Shown here piece by piece: positions 1-9,622 of a stretch of 64,000 nt of DNA. Positions within the stretch are counted from its first letter, which is position 1, and each line of letters starts with the position of its first letter. The position numbers were made by a program, and so were the translations under genes. The notes under the pieces are model-generated. The model was not told where the DNA came from. It did no database searches and saw nothing but the letters and a program-made list of their open reading frames with translations. Source of the DNA: an uncultured bacterium (GTDB lineage: Bacteria > Verrucomicrobiota > Verrucomicrobiia > Verrucomicrobiales > DEV007); assembly GCA_963977015.1 (NCBI GenBank), contig CAXBMO010000002.1:288001-352000 (forward strand), written 5' to 3'.

Positions 1-24
1 GCGCCCCTGAAAATTTCCAACTCC

Positions 25-3000
25 ATGAAAAAACTACTGATCATCTACCTCCTCGGTTGTGGAATACTCCCTCAACTCCTTTCCGCCAAAGATATCACAA
101 CGGACCAACCCGGTCAGTTTGTTCGAATTGAACTCCCCGGTAAGGGCATTCTCACGTTGGCTGAGGTCGAAATTAATGTGGGTGGAAAGAACATCGCCAA
201 TGGCGGCAAAACTTCTCAATCCAGCGTGGGATCAGGAGGCCTTCCAGAGCGTGCCATTGATGGAAATAAGGACGGGAGCTACGGCAAAAAAGGGCAAACT
301 CATACCGCTGAGCAAGACAAACCCTGGTGGGAGATTGATCTTGGAGCCGAACACCAGATCGAAAGCATCCAGATTTGGAACCGCACCGAGCTTCCCGAAC
401 GCCTGTCCGGATTCAAGCTCTCGATCCTCGATTCCGACCGAAAGCCCGTCTTCGTCAAAGAGAAGATCGAGGCCCCTCTCAATTCGATCCAAATCGATAT
501 CGGGAAGAAGGGAAAAATCGCCTACTTCGACGCGAAGGGAGGCAAGGGCAAAATCGCCAAAACCAAGCCGAAAAAGAAAAGCGCCCCAACACCTCAACTT
601 TGGGCTCTGGCCACCAACGAAGTTCCGGCAGACCATCGCGATCCTGCTGAATTTGCCTTTCAGCCGGGCGATGTCGTAACCTTGCTGGGCAACGGATTGG
701 CAGAGCGGATGCAGTACGACGGATGGATGGAGACGCTGATCCAAAGCGTTGAAAAGGACAAAAAGCTGCGCTTTCGCAATGCCGCGATTTCCGGAGATCG
801 GGTTGATAAGTTTCCTCGAAACAAGGGGTTCATGCCCGTGGACGCCTACCTCCAGCACACCAAAGCCAATGTCGTGTTTGCGTTCTTCGGCTACAACGAA
901 AGCTTCGATACCAAACCGGAGGACTACACGAAAAAGCTTGGTGATCTGGTTGCCAAAATTCGAGCAACGAAGCCAGCTGGTGCGTTCCCGCGGATTGTAC
1001 TGTTCAGTCCCATCGCCCACGAAAATCTTGGTTCGAGCAATTTCCCCGATGGAACCGCGAACAACCAACGGTTGGCGGCCATTACTGCAGCAACGAAAGC
1101 AGCTTCGGAGGAGGAGGGAGTCACCTTCGTGGACCTCTTCACCCCTTCCAAGGCACTCTACGAGGCCAATTCCGAGCCACTCACCATCAACGGGATTCAT
1201 CTTAATGAGCAGGGCAACAAGCTCATCGGCGAAGTCATCGCCAAGGCCTTGACCGGGGCCGAAGTGAAGGCCTCCGAATCGCTCGCCGCTCTGCGGGACG
1301 CGGTTCGCGACAAGGATGTGACGTGGTTCGATCGTCACCGGGCGGTTGATGGCAACGATATTTGGGGAAGCCGCTCACCCCTTCACTTTGTCGGCGAACA
1401 GACCAATGGAGATGTGCTGCGCCACGAACTGGTGATGCTGGATGTGATGACGGCCAATCGCGACGTCAAGATTTGGGCGCGGGCGAAGGGCGGAGATCAC
1501 GATGTGCTGGATGAAAACGTTCCTGCTCCTCTTGAGGTGATCTCCAACGTTGGCGGGAAGGGCAACATGTCGAACGCGACGAAGGAGGGGAACGTGAACT
1601 ACCTCAGCGCGGAAGACAGCATCGCGACGATGGATGTGCCGGATGAGTTTCAGCTCAACGTTTTTGCCGATGAATCGCAGTTTCCTGATTTGGTGAATCC
1701 CGTGCAAATGCAGGTGGATGGCAAAGGGCGCCTCTGGGTCGCAGCCTGGCCGACCTATCCCAAGCAAAAGCCGATTCGCAACGTCAACGACAGTCTCCTC
1801 ATTTTTGAAGATACCGACAAGGACGGAAAAGCCGACAAAGTCACCAAATTTGCCGAAGTGCCGAACCCGCTCGGCTTCGAGTTCTGGGGCGGAGGAGTCA
1901 TCGTCTCCAGTCAACCGAACCTAGTCTTCCTGAAAGATACCGATGGCGACGACATCGCGGATGAGCGCATCAAAATTTTGCACGGGGTGGGTTCTGCGGA
2001 TACGCACCACGCATGCAACAACCTCATTTACGGGCCTGACGGCGGCATCTACTGGCAATCCGGGATCTTCCTGCACAACAACTTTGAGCACCCCTGGGGC
2101 CCTTCCCTCAGCACGGGCAGCAGCGCGATGTATCGTTTTGATCCTCGCCGTTTCACCATTGCCCAACACGGCAGCAACAGCCCCAACCCTCACGGCATCT
2201 CATTTGACTATTGGGGCTACCACTACGCGACGGATGGAACCGGAGGACGAGCCTACCAGGTTCGCCCAGAAGGCAGCGGTTGGAAGATGCATCCTCTTCT
2301 TGATAAGGAAGTGCGTCCCGTTCCTGCGAGCGAAATTCTCTCCAGCGCTCATTTTCCGGAGGAGATGCAGCAGGACTTTCTCATCTGTAACTCGATCGGC
2401 TTTCTTGGCCTCAAGCAATACCGTCTTGATCGCGGAGGCGAAGGGTCCGAACGCCCTGTCGGTGAAGTCTGGGGCGAGCCCTCCGGTGCAGAGTTGACGG
2501 TCAGCCTTGATGGCAAGGAAAGCACCTCTCGCGGACTTCTCCTCAGCGGAGACAAGAACTTTCGCCCGACCGATGCCATTGTCGGCGAAGACGGCGCGCT
2601 CTATGTTTCCGACTGGGCAAACGTGATCATCGGGCACATGCAGCACAATATCCGTGACCCCAATCGTGACGACCAGCACGGCCGCGTCATTCGCATCAGC
2701 CACAAGACCCGCCCTCTCCAGGAGCCGGTCAAAATTGCAGGTGCCTCACTCGATGAATTGATGGTGAACCTCGAACATCCGATTGACGGCGTTCGCCACC
2801 GAACTCGCGTTGAGCTGAGTGCCCGCGACTCGGAAGAAGTCATTGCCGCCTGCCAGAAGTGGATGGCGCAGTGGGACAAGAAGAATCCCGACCACGCCCA
2901 TCACCTTCTCGAAGCCTTGTGGCTTCATCAGGCTCACAACGTTCGCGATTCCCAGCTCTTGACCGCTGTTCTGAAGTCGCCGGTGCCCCATGCCCGTGTC

Positions 3001-3492
3001 GCGGCCCAAACCGTCCAGCACCACTGGTATGCGGCTGATCCCGCCAAAGGAGGCGGCTCAGTCGACCAGCAACAACACGAAGAAGCGGCGAAGAAGTCCG
3101 GCATCATTGCCGATTCAGCTGACCTCACGGAGATCCGGATTGCGACTCTGGTCGAAAAAATGAGCTACGATACCAAAGAACTCACGATCAAGGCTGGAAA
3201 GAAGATCCGGCTGACGTTCGCCAACCCGGACTTCATGCCGCACAACCTGCTCGTGGTTCAGCCGGGATCATCCACTGAAGTTGGAACCGCCGCGATGGCT
3301 TTGGGTGCGGAGGGCTTTGCCAAGCAATTCCGTCCGGACAGTGACAAGATCATCGCCGGCACCAAGATGCTCGATAACGGCCAGGAAGAGACCATCGAAT
3401 TCTATGCTCCGGAGAAACCTGGAAACTACGAGTTCGTCTGCACCTTCCCCGGCCACTTCATGCTGATGAAGGGCATCCTGAAGGTCAAATAA
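25..3492 (+). CDS. Secreted multidomain protein: F5/8-type (fucolectin-like) domain, SGNH-like domain, PVC-type dehydrogenase beta-propeller, HEAT-like region and C-terminal azurin/cupredoxin
   Basis: Signal peptide; RAIDGN...THT...PWWEIDLG (F5/8 type); [28 protein letters not shown] and [19 protein letters not shown] (PVC dehydrogenase); MPHN...[10 protein letters not shown] (type-1 copper ligands). Confidence 0.8.
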   Translation: MKKLLIIYLLGCGILPQLLSAKDITTDQPGQFVRIELPGKGILTLAEVEINVGGKNIANGGKTSQSSVGSGGLPERAIDGNKDGSYGKKGQTHTAEQDKPWWEIDLGAEHQIESIQIWNRTELPERLSGFKLSILDSDRKPVFVKEKIEAPLNSIQIDIGKKGKIAYFDAKGGKGKIAKTKPKKKSAPTPQLWALATNEVPADHRDPAEFAFQPGDVVTLLGNGLAERMQYDGWMETLIQSVEKDKKLRFRNAAISGDRVDKFPRNKGFMPVDAYLQHTKANVVFAFFGYNESFDTKPEDYTKKLGDLVAKIRATKPAGAFPRIVLFSPIAHENLGSSNFPDGTANNQRLAAITAATKAASEEEGVTFVDLFTPSKALYEANSEPLTINGIHLNEQGNKLIGEVIAKALTGAEVKASESLAALRDAVRDKDVTWFDRHRAVDGNDIWGSRSPLHFVGEQTNGDVLRHELVMLDVMTANRDVKIWARAKGGDHDVLDENVPAPLEVISNVGGKGNMSNATKEGNVNYLSAEDSIATMDVPDEFQLNVFADESQFPDLVNPVQMQVDGKGRLWVAAWPTYPKQKPIRNVNDSLLIFEDTDKDGKADKVTKFAEVPNPLGFEFWGGGVIVSSQPNLVFLKDTDGDDIADERIKILHGVGSADTHHACNNLIYGPDGGIYWQSGIFLHNNFEHPWGPSLSTGSSAMYRFDPRRFTIAQHGSNSPNPHGISFDYWGYHYATDGTGGRAYQVRPEGSGWKMHPLLDKEVRPVPASEILSSAHFPEEMQQDFLICNSIGFLGLKQYRLDRGGEGSERPVGEVWGEPSGAELTVSLDGKESTSRGLLLSGDKNFRPTDAIVGEDGALYVSDWANVIIGHMQHNIRDPNRDDQHGRVIRISHKTRPLQEPVKIAGASLDELMVNLEHPIDGVRHRTRVELSARDSEEVIAACQKWMAQWDKKNPDHAHHLLEALWLHQAHNVRDSQLLTAVLKSPVPHARVAAQTVQHHWYAADPAKGGGSVDQQQHEEAAKKSGIIADSADLTEIRIATLVEKMSYDTKELTIKAGKKIRLTFANPDFMPHNLLVVQPGSSTEVGTAAMALGAEGFAKQFRPDSDKIIAGTKMLDNGQEETIEFYAPEKPGNYEFVCTFPGHFMLMKGILKVK

Positions 3493-3517
3493 CCGGAAGC
3501 CAGGATCCTTTTCCCGT

Positions 3518-3566
3518 TGGCCCCTTGTTGTGTGCGATCAACCGCCGCGACAAGGGGCCATTTTTT
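3518..3566 (+). terminator. Intrinsic terminator between convergent genes
   Basis: TGGCCCCTTG...CAAGGGGCCA stem followed by TTTTTT. Confidence 0.8.
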
Positions 3567-3583
3567 GCCGGTAACCCATTGCC

Positions 3584-4324
3584 TCAGCGAACCTGGGCAT
3601 GCATGCCGGCTTCATGGAGAGCTTTCATGACATCGGCCTGACTGACCTCGCCTTTCACGATGACCTCTCGCGCTCCACGCTCCAGACCTTCGATCTCTTT
3701 GAGCCCTTCCACGTCCTCGAGGACCTCTTCCACTTCATCGACGCATTTCCCGCAATACAGGGGAAGCCTGGAAACGGTGAGGGATTCCTTTTTCTCGTCC
3801 GAATACTTCTTGTTGTCGGCAAAGGCCTCTATGCTGGGCTTTCCGTAAAACCCACGTTGCATCACATATCCCATGGCGGTCTTCACCAATTCTCCGGATT
3901 CCGCTTCGATCGTAATCTTGTCGCGTCCGGTCGAAATCTCGACTCCCGCCAAGCTCCCGAGCGAACCTTCAATCGCGTTGGTGCACCCCTCGCAGACCAT
4001 GTGAACGCCGGATAAAACCAACTTTGTCTCTCCTTCCGGGATTTCCATCGCGACAGCCTCTCCGCTGCCGCCAGCTGGGCTCGGGGCTCCCGCTTTCTCC
4101 TTCTGCCACTCGGCAATGAACTGCTTGTCAGCATCCGTCAGCATGGCAATCGGCAGTTCCAGAGAGGAACCGTTGGACCTCATGATGAGAATTTTTTCGC
4201 CGTTTATTCGGGTCAACTCACCTTCCAGAGTCTTGCCGGTGGAGGCTTGGGTCCAAGTGCGGGCTAGGGAAACAGAGAGACTCAGGGAGAGTCCCACGAC
4301 GATCAAAACTAGGGCTTTTTTCAC
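3584..4324 (-). CDS. Secreted SHD1-domain protein with two heavy-metal-associated (HMA)-like domains
   Basis: Signal peptide; RTWTQASTGKTLEGEL...LTDADKQFI (SHD1-like); two CxxC motifs (HMVCEGC, LYCGKC). Confidence 0.7.
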   Translation of the reverse strand: MKKALVLIVVGLSLSLSVSLARTWTQASTGKTLEGELTRINGEKILIMRSNGSSLELPIAMLTDADKQFIAEWQKEKAGAPSPAGGSGEAVAMEIPEGETKLVLSGVHMVCEGCTNAIEGSLGSLAGVEISTGRDKITIEAESGELVKTAMGYVMQRGFYGKPSIEAFADNKKYSDEKKESLTVSRLPLYCGKCVDEVEEVLEDVEGLKEIEGLERGAREVIVKGEVSQADVMKALHEAGMHAQVR

Positions 4325-4390
4325 GATGGGTTAGAGCTGGGGTTTGCAATCAACTCTCAGTTAAACACGGCCAACCCGGCGAAGGAATTC

Positions 4391-6067
4391 CTATTTTTTC
4401 GTCAGTTGAAAGGGAGAATCGTGTGAGTGGTATTCGTAGAGCACGATTTTCTCATGAGGTTTCGTTCCCTTCTCGGTCGTCTGCTCCTTCACGTAGACCA
4501 TTTGCATCGCCACAATTCGCTCTGATTCATCGTGCGTCTCATTCCATTGCTTCATCAGCCATGGGACCAGGAACTTGCGATGATCCTTGTGCTTTTTGAG
4601 CCGCAGATTCATCAGATATTTGCGCCACCGCTGATTCTTGTAGGTCTTGCTCACCAAATCCGGTTTTCGCCACGTCACTCGTTCGCGGGTTCTCAGATCG
4701 ACCACTTCTCCGCTGATTTTCCGAGCCGTGAAGACATACCAACCGTCATCAAGCATTGGTTTCGGCGAGAACATGGACCAGTATTGCCTCAGTCCCGTGA
4801 CTTCGCCGATCCAGTTCAGACTCCTCGGGAAATAGGTCACATAGCGATCGAAATCCGCCGCGCGCACGTTCCAGGCGAGCACGTAGACAAAGAAAAACGC
4901 CGCGAAGGCCGAGTGGAGAACTGTCCGCACATTCGCGACCGGAATGCCCACAACGGGAACCAGCTTCTCGCGATCTTCGCTCCAACGCGGCCGAACCGGC
5001 TTGGCGCCCAAACGCAAAACCGCCAGTCCGCGGGAAATTTGGACGCTCCAGCGCAGCAAGACCTCGAATCTTGCCACCAGGGATCGCAACCAACCCAAAC
5101 TCTTGGGAATGAGTCGGTTCCAGAACAATGCTGGCAGGAAAAGCAGCCAAATCGCCGCACAGGTCCACTGAAAAAGCCCGAGATCCATGGTCAGCCGAAT
5201 CCCCAGCCAGTGAAAAGCCACAAACGTCGCAACCGTTCCGATTCGGAACCATGCATTCTTCCAGGGAATAAAGGCAACCAGCGGCCCGAAAGCTTCGAGG
5301 AAATACGTCACCATGCTCAGCGAGCGATGAAGCCACTCATGATGAAGAATCCACTTTCCGAGCGGGGTCGCAAATTGATCGACATTGAGCGCGTAATAAA
5401 TCCCCAACCCATCCCGCCACCAAATCGGATCACTTTTCAGGCCGGCAGTGAACCAGTACATGAATGCCACCTGAAAGAGAATTGCCGCCGACGCAATCGA
5501 GACGACTTGATCGGGATTTCGCATTGAAACTCCAACCGGAGGGGCCCATTCGCGATTTCTGCTGTCGAGCGACCAACGAAGCCCCAGCGGCAGAAAAAGC
5601 GCCCAAAAATGCATCACCCGAAGGAGGGCGTCGCCTCCCTGGAGAATGTATGGATTGCGATTTTGGAGCGAGCACAACAGGAAGAAAGAGACCAAGGCCG
5701 CGGTTTTGGTGCGATATCCGAGCGTCATACAGGCAGCCGCGATTCCCGCCACAACAAAGAGCAGGAGTTGGAAAATTGCGCCACCACTCATGAGGTGAAC
5801 GCTGTAGAGCCAGTTGCTGCGTTGAAAATCCGCCAACAGGTCAGCTCTCGGCAAAACCCCTGCATCGGTATAGAACACTCCCAGGTCCGCCGAGCGGACG
5901 AAGAGATCAACCAGCAAGATCAGACCGAGGCAGATCCGAAAGAGAGCGACCGAGCGAAGGTCAATTCCAAACAAGTCCCGGACCCAAACCGGAGTCGTCG
6001 AGATGCCTGATGGTTGGAAGAAACGAAGTATTTCACGAGGAAATCGCATTCTGGAATTTCGCTCCAT
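4391..6067 (-). CDS. HTTM-domain membrane protein
   Basis: DLRSVALFRI, YTDAGVLPR, LQNRNP..LQGGD, RWSLD, Q.WSMFSP motifs; multiple TM helices. Confidence 0.75.
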   Translation of the reverse strand: MERNSRMRFPREILRFFQPSGISTTPVWVRDLFGIDLRSVALFRICLGLILLVDLFVRSADLGVFYTDAGVLPRADLLADFQRSNWLYSVHLMSGGAIFQLLLFVVAGIAAACMTLGYRTKTAALVSFFLLCSLQNRNPYILQGGDALLRVMHFWALFLPLGLRWSLDSRNREWAPPVGVSMRNPDQVVSIASAAILFQVAFMYWFTAGLKSDPIWWRDGLGIYYALNVDQFATPLGKWILHHEWLHRSLSMVTYFLEAFGPLVAFIPWKNAWFRIGTVATFVAFHWLGIRLTMDLGLFQWTCAAIWLLFLPALFWNRLIPKSLGWLRSLVARFEVLLRWSVQISRGLAVLRLGAKPVRPRWSEDREKLVPVVGIPVANVRTVLHSAFAAFFFVYVLAWNVRAADFDRYVTYFPRSLNWIGEVTGLRQYWSMFSPKPMLDDGWYVFTARKISGEVVDLRTRERVTWRKPDLVSKTYKNQRWRKYLMNLRLKKHKDHRKFLVPWLMKQWNETHDESERIVAMQMVYVKEQTTEKGTKPHEKIVLYEYHSHDSPFQLTKK

Positions 6068-6221
6068 TTAATTAATTTATCAAAAATATTATGATTACTA
6101 AATTAAATGTGTAGAATTATGGCTCCTGAAAGACTCGATCACTCAAATTCGTGATTGGTGGGGAAACCTATTGATGTCGGATCTGCGGCTTTCGCAAATC
6201 GGGTCAAAACATCCAAGTCTG

Positions 6222-7628
6222 ATGAACATAACGCACACCACGGAGGAGGGATTGAATCTTCCTTCCACTCGTCGCAACTTCCTGAGAAATTCTTCTCTTG
6301 GGTTTGGCTCACTAGCTCTTTCCGGGCTTTTGGGACAACAGCAAGCCAAGGCGTCGCTTTACCAGTCCCCGTTTGCTCCCAAGCGGGCTCATCACGCCCC
6401 GAAGGCGAAGCGAATCATCTTCCTGTGCATGAAAGGCGGTCCATCGCACATGGACATGTTCGACTACAAACCCCGACTCCAGGCTGACGACAACAAGCCG
6501 GTCAACAAAGACGGCAAGACGCGCTATCGCGGCTCCCTCTGGAATTTTTCGCAGCACGGACAGAGTGGCATGTGGTTCAGCGAACTACTTCCGAACCTCG
6601 CGACCCAGGCGGATCAACTCTGCATGTTGAACGGGATGGTCTCGGAAAATCCCGAACACGCTCAGGCACTGGATTTGCTCCATACCGGCAGTTTTCAGTT
6701 CGCCCGCCCGTCCATGGGCTCCTGGGTGCTCTACGGCCTGGGCTCCATGAACCAGGATCTCCCAGGATTCGTGACGATCAACCCACCAAGTGCATTGGGC
6801 GGCTCGAAATATTACGGCAACGCCTTTTTGCCGGCCGCTTATCAGGGAACGCCAATTGGTGGAGACAACAAGGCTCTCGCCAACGTGCAGGTCAGCAATC
6901 TTGAAAACCATCGCCTCAATCGGAAGCAGCAGCGTCAAAAGCTGGATGCGCTCCAGGCATTGAATCGCCAGCTTCTTGAAAAACGTGGTCAATCCTCGCA
7001 GCTCGAAGGCGTGATCGAGTCCTTCGAACTTGCGTTCCGGATGCAGAACGTTCTTCCCGAAGTCATGGACATTTCCGGTGAATCGGAGGCGACCAAGAAA
7101 CTCTACGGAATGGATCAGCCGGCATCGAAGAACTTTGGTCATCAGTGCCTGTTGGCCCGACGCATGGCCGAAGCCGATGTGCGATTCATCCAACTGACCG
7201 ATGATGGCTGGGATCACCACGGCGGCTTGGCCAATGGCCTTCCCCGTCGCTGCGCGTCAATCGACAAACCGATTGCCGGGCTCCTCACGGACCTTCGCCA
7301 ACGCGGATTGCTGGAGGACACCTTGATCGTCTGGGGCGGCGAGTTTGGACGGACGCCAGATGATGGAACGCGGGACGGGCGGGGTCACAACGCCACCGGA
7401 TTCACCATGTTCATGGCGGGTGCCGGCGTGAAACACGGCTTTAAGTATGGAAAGACCGACGCTCACGGCCGCAAGGCTGTCGAGGGTCAAATCGGGATTC
7501 ACGATCTCCACGCCACGATGTTGCACCTGCTCGGGCTCGATCACGAGCAACTGACGTATCCATGGGCGGGTCGCGATTTCCGCCTGACCGACGTTCATGG
7601 CCGCGTGGTTCGCGAAATTCTGGCCTAA
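6222..7628 (+). CDS. DUF1501 family protein with Tat-type signal (ORF open from 6171)
   Basis: TRRNFL; GGPSHMDMFDYKP; WGGEFGRTP; GRDFRLTDVHG. Confidence 0.9.
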   Translation: MNITHTTEEGLNLPSTRRNFLRNSSLGFGSLALSGLLGQQQAKASLYQSPFAPKRAHHAPKAKRIIFLCMKGGPSHMDMFDYKPRLQADDNKPVNKDGKTRYRGSLWNFSQHGQSGMWFSELLPNLATQADQLCMLNGMVSENPEHAQALDLLHTGSFQFARPSMGSWVLYGLGSMNQDLPGFVTINPPSALGGSKYYGNAFLPAAYQGTPIGGDNKALANVQVSNLENHRLNRKQQRQKLDALQALNRQLLEKRGQSSQLEGVIESFELAFRMQNVLPEVMDISGESEATKKLYGMDQPASKNFGHQCLLARRMAEADVRFIQLTDDGWDHHGGLANGLPRRCASIDKPIAGLLTDLRQRGLLEDTLIVWGGEFGRTPDDGTRDGRGHNATGFTMFMAGAGVKHGFKYGKTDAHGRKAVEGQIGIHDLHATMLHLLGLDHEQLTYPWAGRDFRLTDVHGRVVREILA

Positions 7629-8968
7629 CCGGAGCGGACCAGACAGGTCACCAATTGTGGAAAGATGATCACCAGGGTCAACGCGATCACCTGGATGATG
7701 ATGAATGGGATCACGCCGCGATAAATATCCGTCGTCTTGATTTCCGGCGGACAAACTCCCTTGAGGTAAAAGAGCGAAAAACCGAACGGCGGAGTCAGGA
7801 ACGACATCTGCAGATTCATCGCAATCATCACTCCGAACCAGGCGGGAGTAATGGCAAAATCGCCCAGCATCTCGCCAATAAACACATTGGCAATGAGGGG
7901 AACGACGATGAAGGAGATCTCAAAAAAGTCGATGAAGAAGCCCAGCAGGAAAATCGCCAGATTGGCGATGATCAGCGCTCCGATGATTCCGCCGGGCAGG
8001 TTCATCAGAACGTCCTCAATCCACCGGTCTCCACCATAGAGTTTGAAGACGAGAACGAACGTCGTGGAACCGATCAGCAGGAACATCACCATTGAAGTGA
8101 GCTTCATCGTGGCGAGCATGGTGTCGTTCAGGGCCATTCGGCTGAATCGCTTGTTCACCAACGCCAATCCCATGGCACCAACGGCGCCGAGGGCTCCAGC
8201 TTCCGTTGGGGTCGCGATTCCGGCAAAGATGGAACCGAGAACGATGATGATCAGCACCAGCGGTGGGAGCAAAACCAGGAGTGTCCTCCTGACCAATTGT
8301 GCCCCGGTCAGGTCTCGCTCCTCCTTTGGAATCGCAGGCGCAAAATTGGGCTTTACGATGCTCACCCCCAAAACATAAAGCCCAAACATCCCCGCCAACA
8401 TGATCCCCGGGATCAAGGCCCCTCGAAAAAGATCGCCAACGGAGGTTCCCAATTGTTGGGCCAAAACAATCAAAACGACACTGGGCGGGATAATTTGCCC
8501 AAGGGTTCCCGATGCGGCAATCACGCCGGTCGCCAATCCCTTGTTGTACTTGTAACGCAGCATGATCGGCAGCGAAATCATGCCCATCGCGACAACCGAT
8601 GCGCCGACGACCCCGGTCGCTGCGGCGAGCAACGCGCCCACGACAACGACAGCCAACCCAACCCCTCCCCGGGTCGAGCCGAACAGCTGCCCCACCGTTT
8701 GCAACAGATCCTCCGCGAGTCGGGACTTTTCGAGCATCGTCCCCATGAAGATAAAGAAGGGCACCGCCAGGAGGATCTGGTTCTTCATGATGTCGAAGAC
8801 CCGATGGGAAATCAACTGGAGCTGGGCGGGACGAATCTCATCGATCCCCAATCCAATCATGCCGAATGCCAACGCCGTTCCCCCCAACGAGAAGGCAACC
8901 GGGTAACCCGAGAAAATCAGGCCCATGGCACAAAGAAACATGATCGGGGCAATCCATTCAGGACTCAT
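7625..8968 (-). CDS. TRAP transporter large permease (DctM family)
   Basis: GYPVAFSL, ASGTLGQIIPPS, ATPTEAGA, SFLTPPFG motifs. Confidence 0.92.
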   Translation of the reverse strand: MSPEWIAPIMFLCAMGLIFSGYPVAFSLGGTALAFGMIGLGIDEIRPAQLQLISHRVFDIMKNQILLAVPFFIFMGTMLEKSRLAEDLLQTVGQLFGSTRGGVGLAVVVVGALLAAATGVVGASVVAMGMISLPIMLRYKYNKGLATGVIAASGTLGQIIPPSVVLIVLAQQLGTSVGDLFRGALIPGIMLAGMFGLYVLGVSIVKPNFAPAIPKEERDLTGAQLVRRTLLVLLPPLVLIIIVLGSIFAGIATPTEAGALGAVGAMGLALVNKRFSRMALNDTMLATMKLTSMVMFLLIGSTTFVLVFKLYGGDRWIEDVLMNLPGGIIGALIIANLAIFLLGFFIDFFEISFIVVPLIANVFIGEMLGDFAITPAWFGVMIAMNLQMSFLTPPFGFSLFYLKGVCPPEIKTTDIYRGVIPFIIIQVIALTLVIIFPQLVTCLVRSG

Positions 8969-9519
8969 GAAATCACCTCCCCCAGAGCTTCAGACTCCTG
9001 CTCGCCGGAAACGAGAGCGAGCCCGTTTTTGATCACTTCCGAAATTCCCTGCAGCATCAGCAAGAGAAAGGCGACCGGCAGCATCGTGATGATGGTATAA
9101 ACCGGCAATCCACCGGGATCGGGCGATTGTTCGAGCTCCCGCCACGAACCGATGAATTTGGGCCAGCAAACCCAAAGCATGAACAGGCAAAACGGGATCA
9201 GAAACACGACGTGCCCAACCAGATTCACCCACAAGCGCTTTCGAAGGCTCAACCGGTCGTACAACACGTCGACGCGGACATGTGAATTCTGCTGAAGGGT
9301 GTAGGCAGCTCCCAGGAGAAAAATGGTGGCGAAGAGATGCCACTGAAGCTCAATGATCGTGTTGGAACTGAGTTCCAGTTGAAACACCTTCCCGAGTGAG
9401 CGCAGGACCGCATTCACCGCTCCAATGATGACGACGGCGAGCGTCAGCCAGGCCATGCCAATTCCAACCTTCCGGCTCAGCTGATCGATAAGGTTACTGA
9501 TGGTTCGAAGGATGCCCAT
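8965..9519 (-). CDS. TRAP transporter small permease (DctQ family)
   Basis: ELQWHLF, HVRVDVLY, SPDPGGLP; 4 TM helices; 4-bp overlap with the large permease. Confidence 0.9.
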   Translation of the reverse strand: MGILRTISNLIDQLSRKVGIGMAWLTLAVVIIGAVNAVLRSLGKVFQLELSSNTIIELQWHLFATIFLLGAAYTLQQNSHVRVDVLYDRLSLRKRLWVNLVGHVVFLIPFCLFMLWVCWPKFIGSWRELEQSPDPGGLPVYTIITMLPVAFLLLMLQGISEVIKNGLALVSGEQESEALGEVIS

Positions 9520-9622
9520 GGCGGTTTGGGCGCATTGTCAGATGGCGATAACAGGGAATCAACTGCCAATTCGATCTTGCGCTGATCGACAATTTGCCGC
9601 AGGAACGTAAGATTCCGTTCCC

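Noticed and set aside
6222-9519. DUF1501 without its usual partner gene, and TRAP permeases without dctP
   Set aside because: Partners may be encoded elsewhere; this cannot be judged from one window
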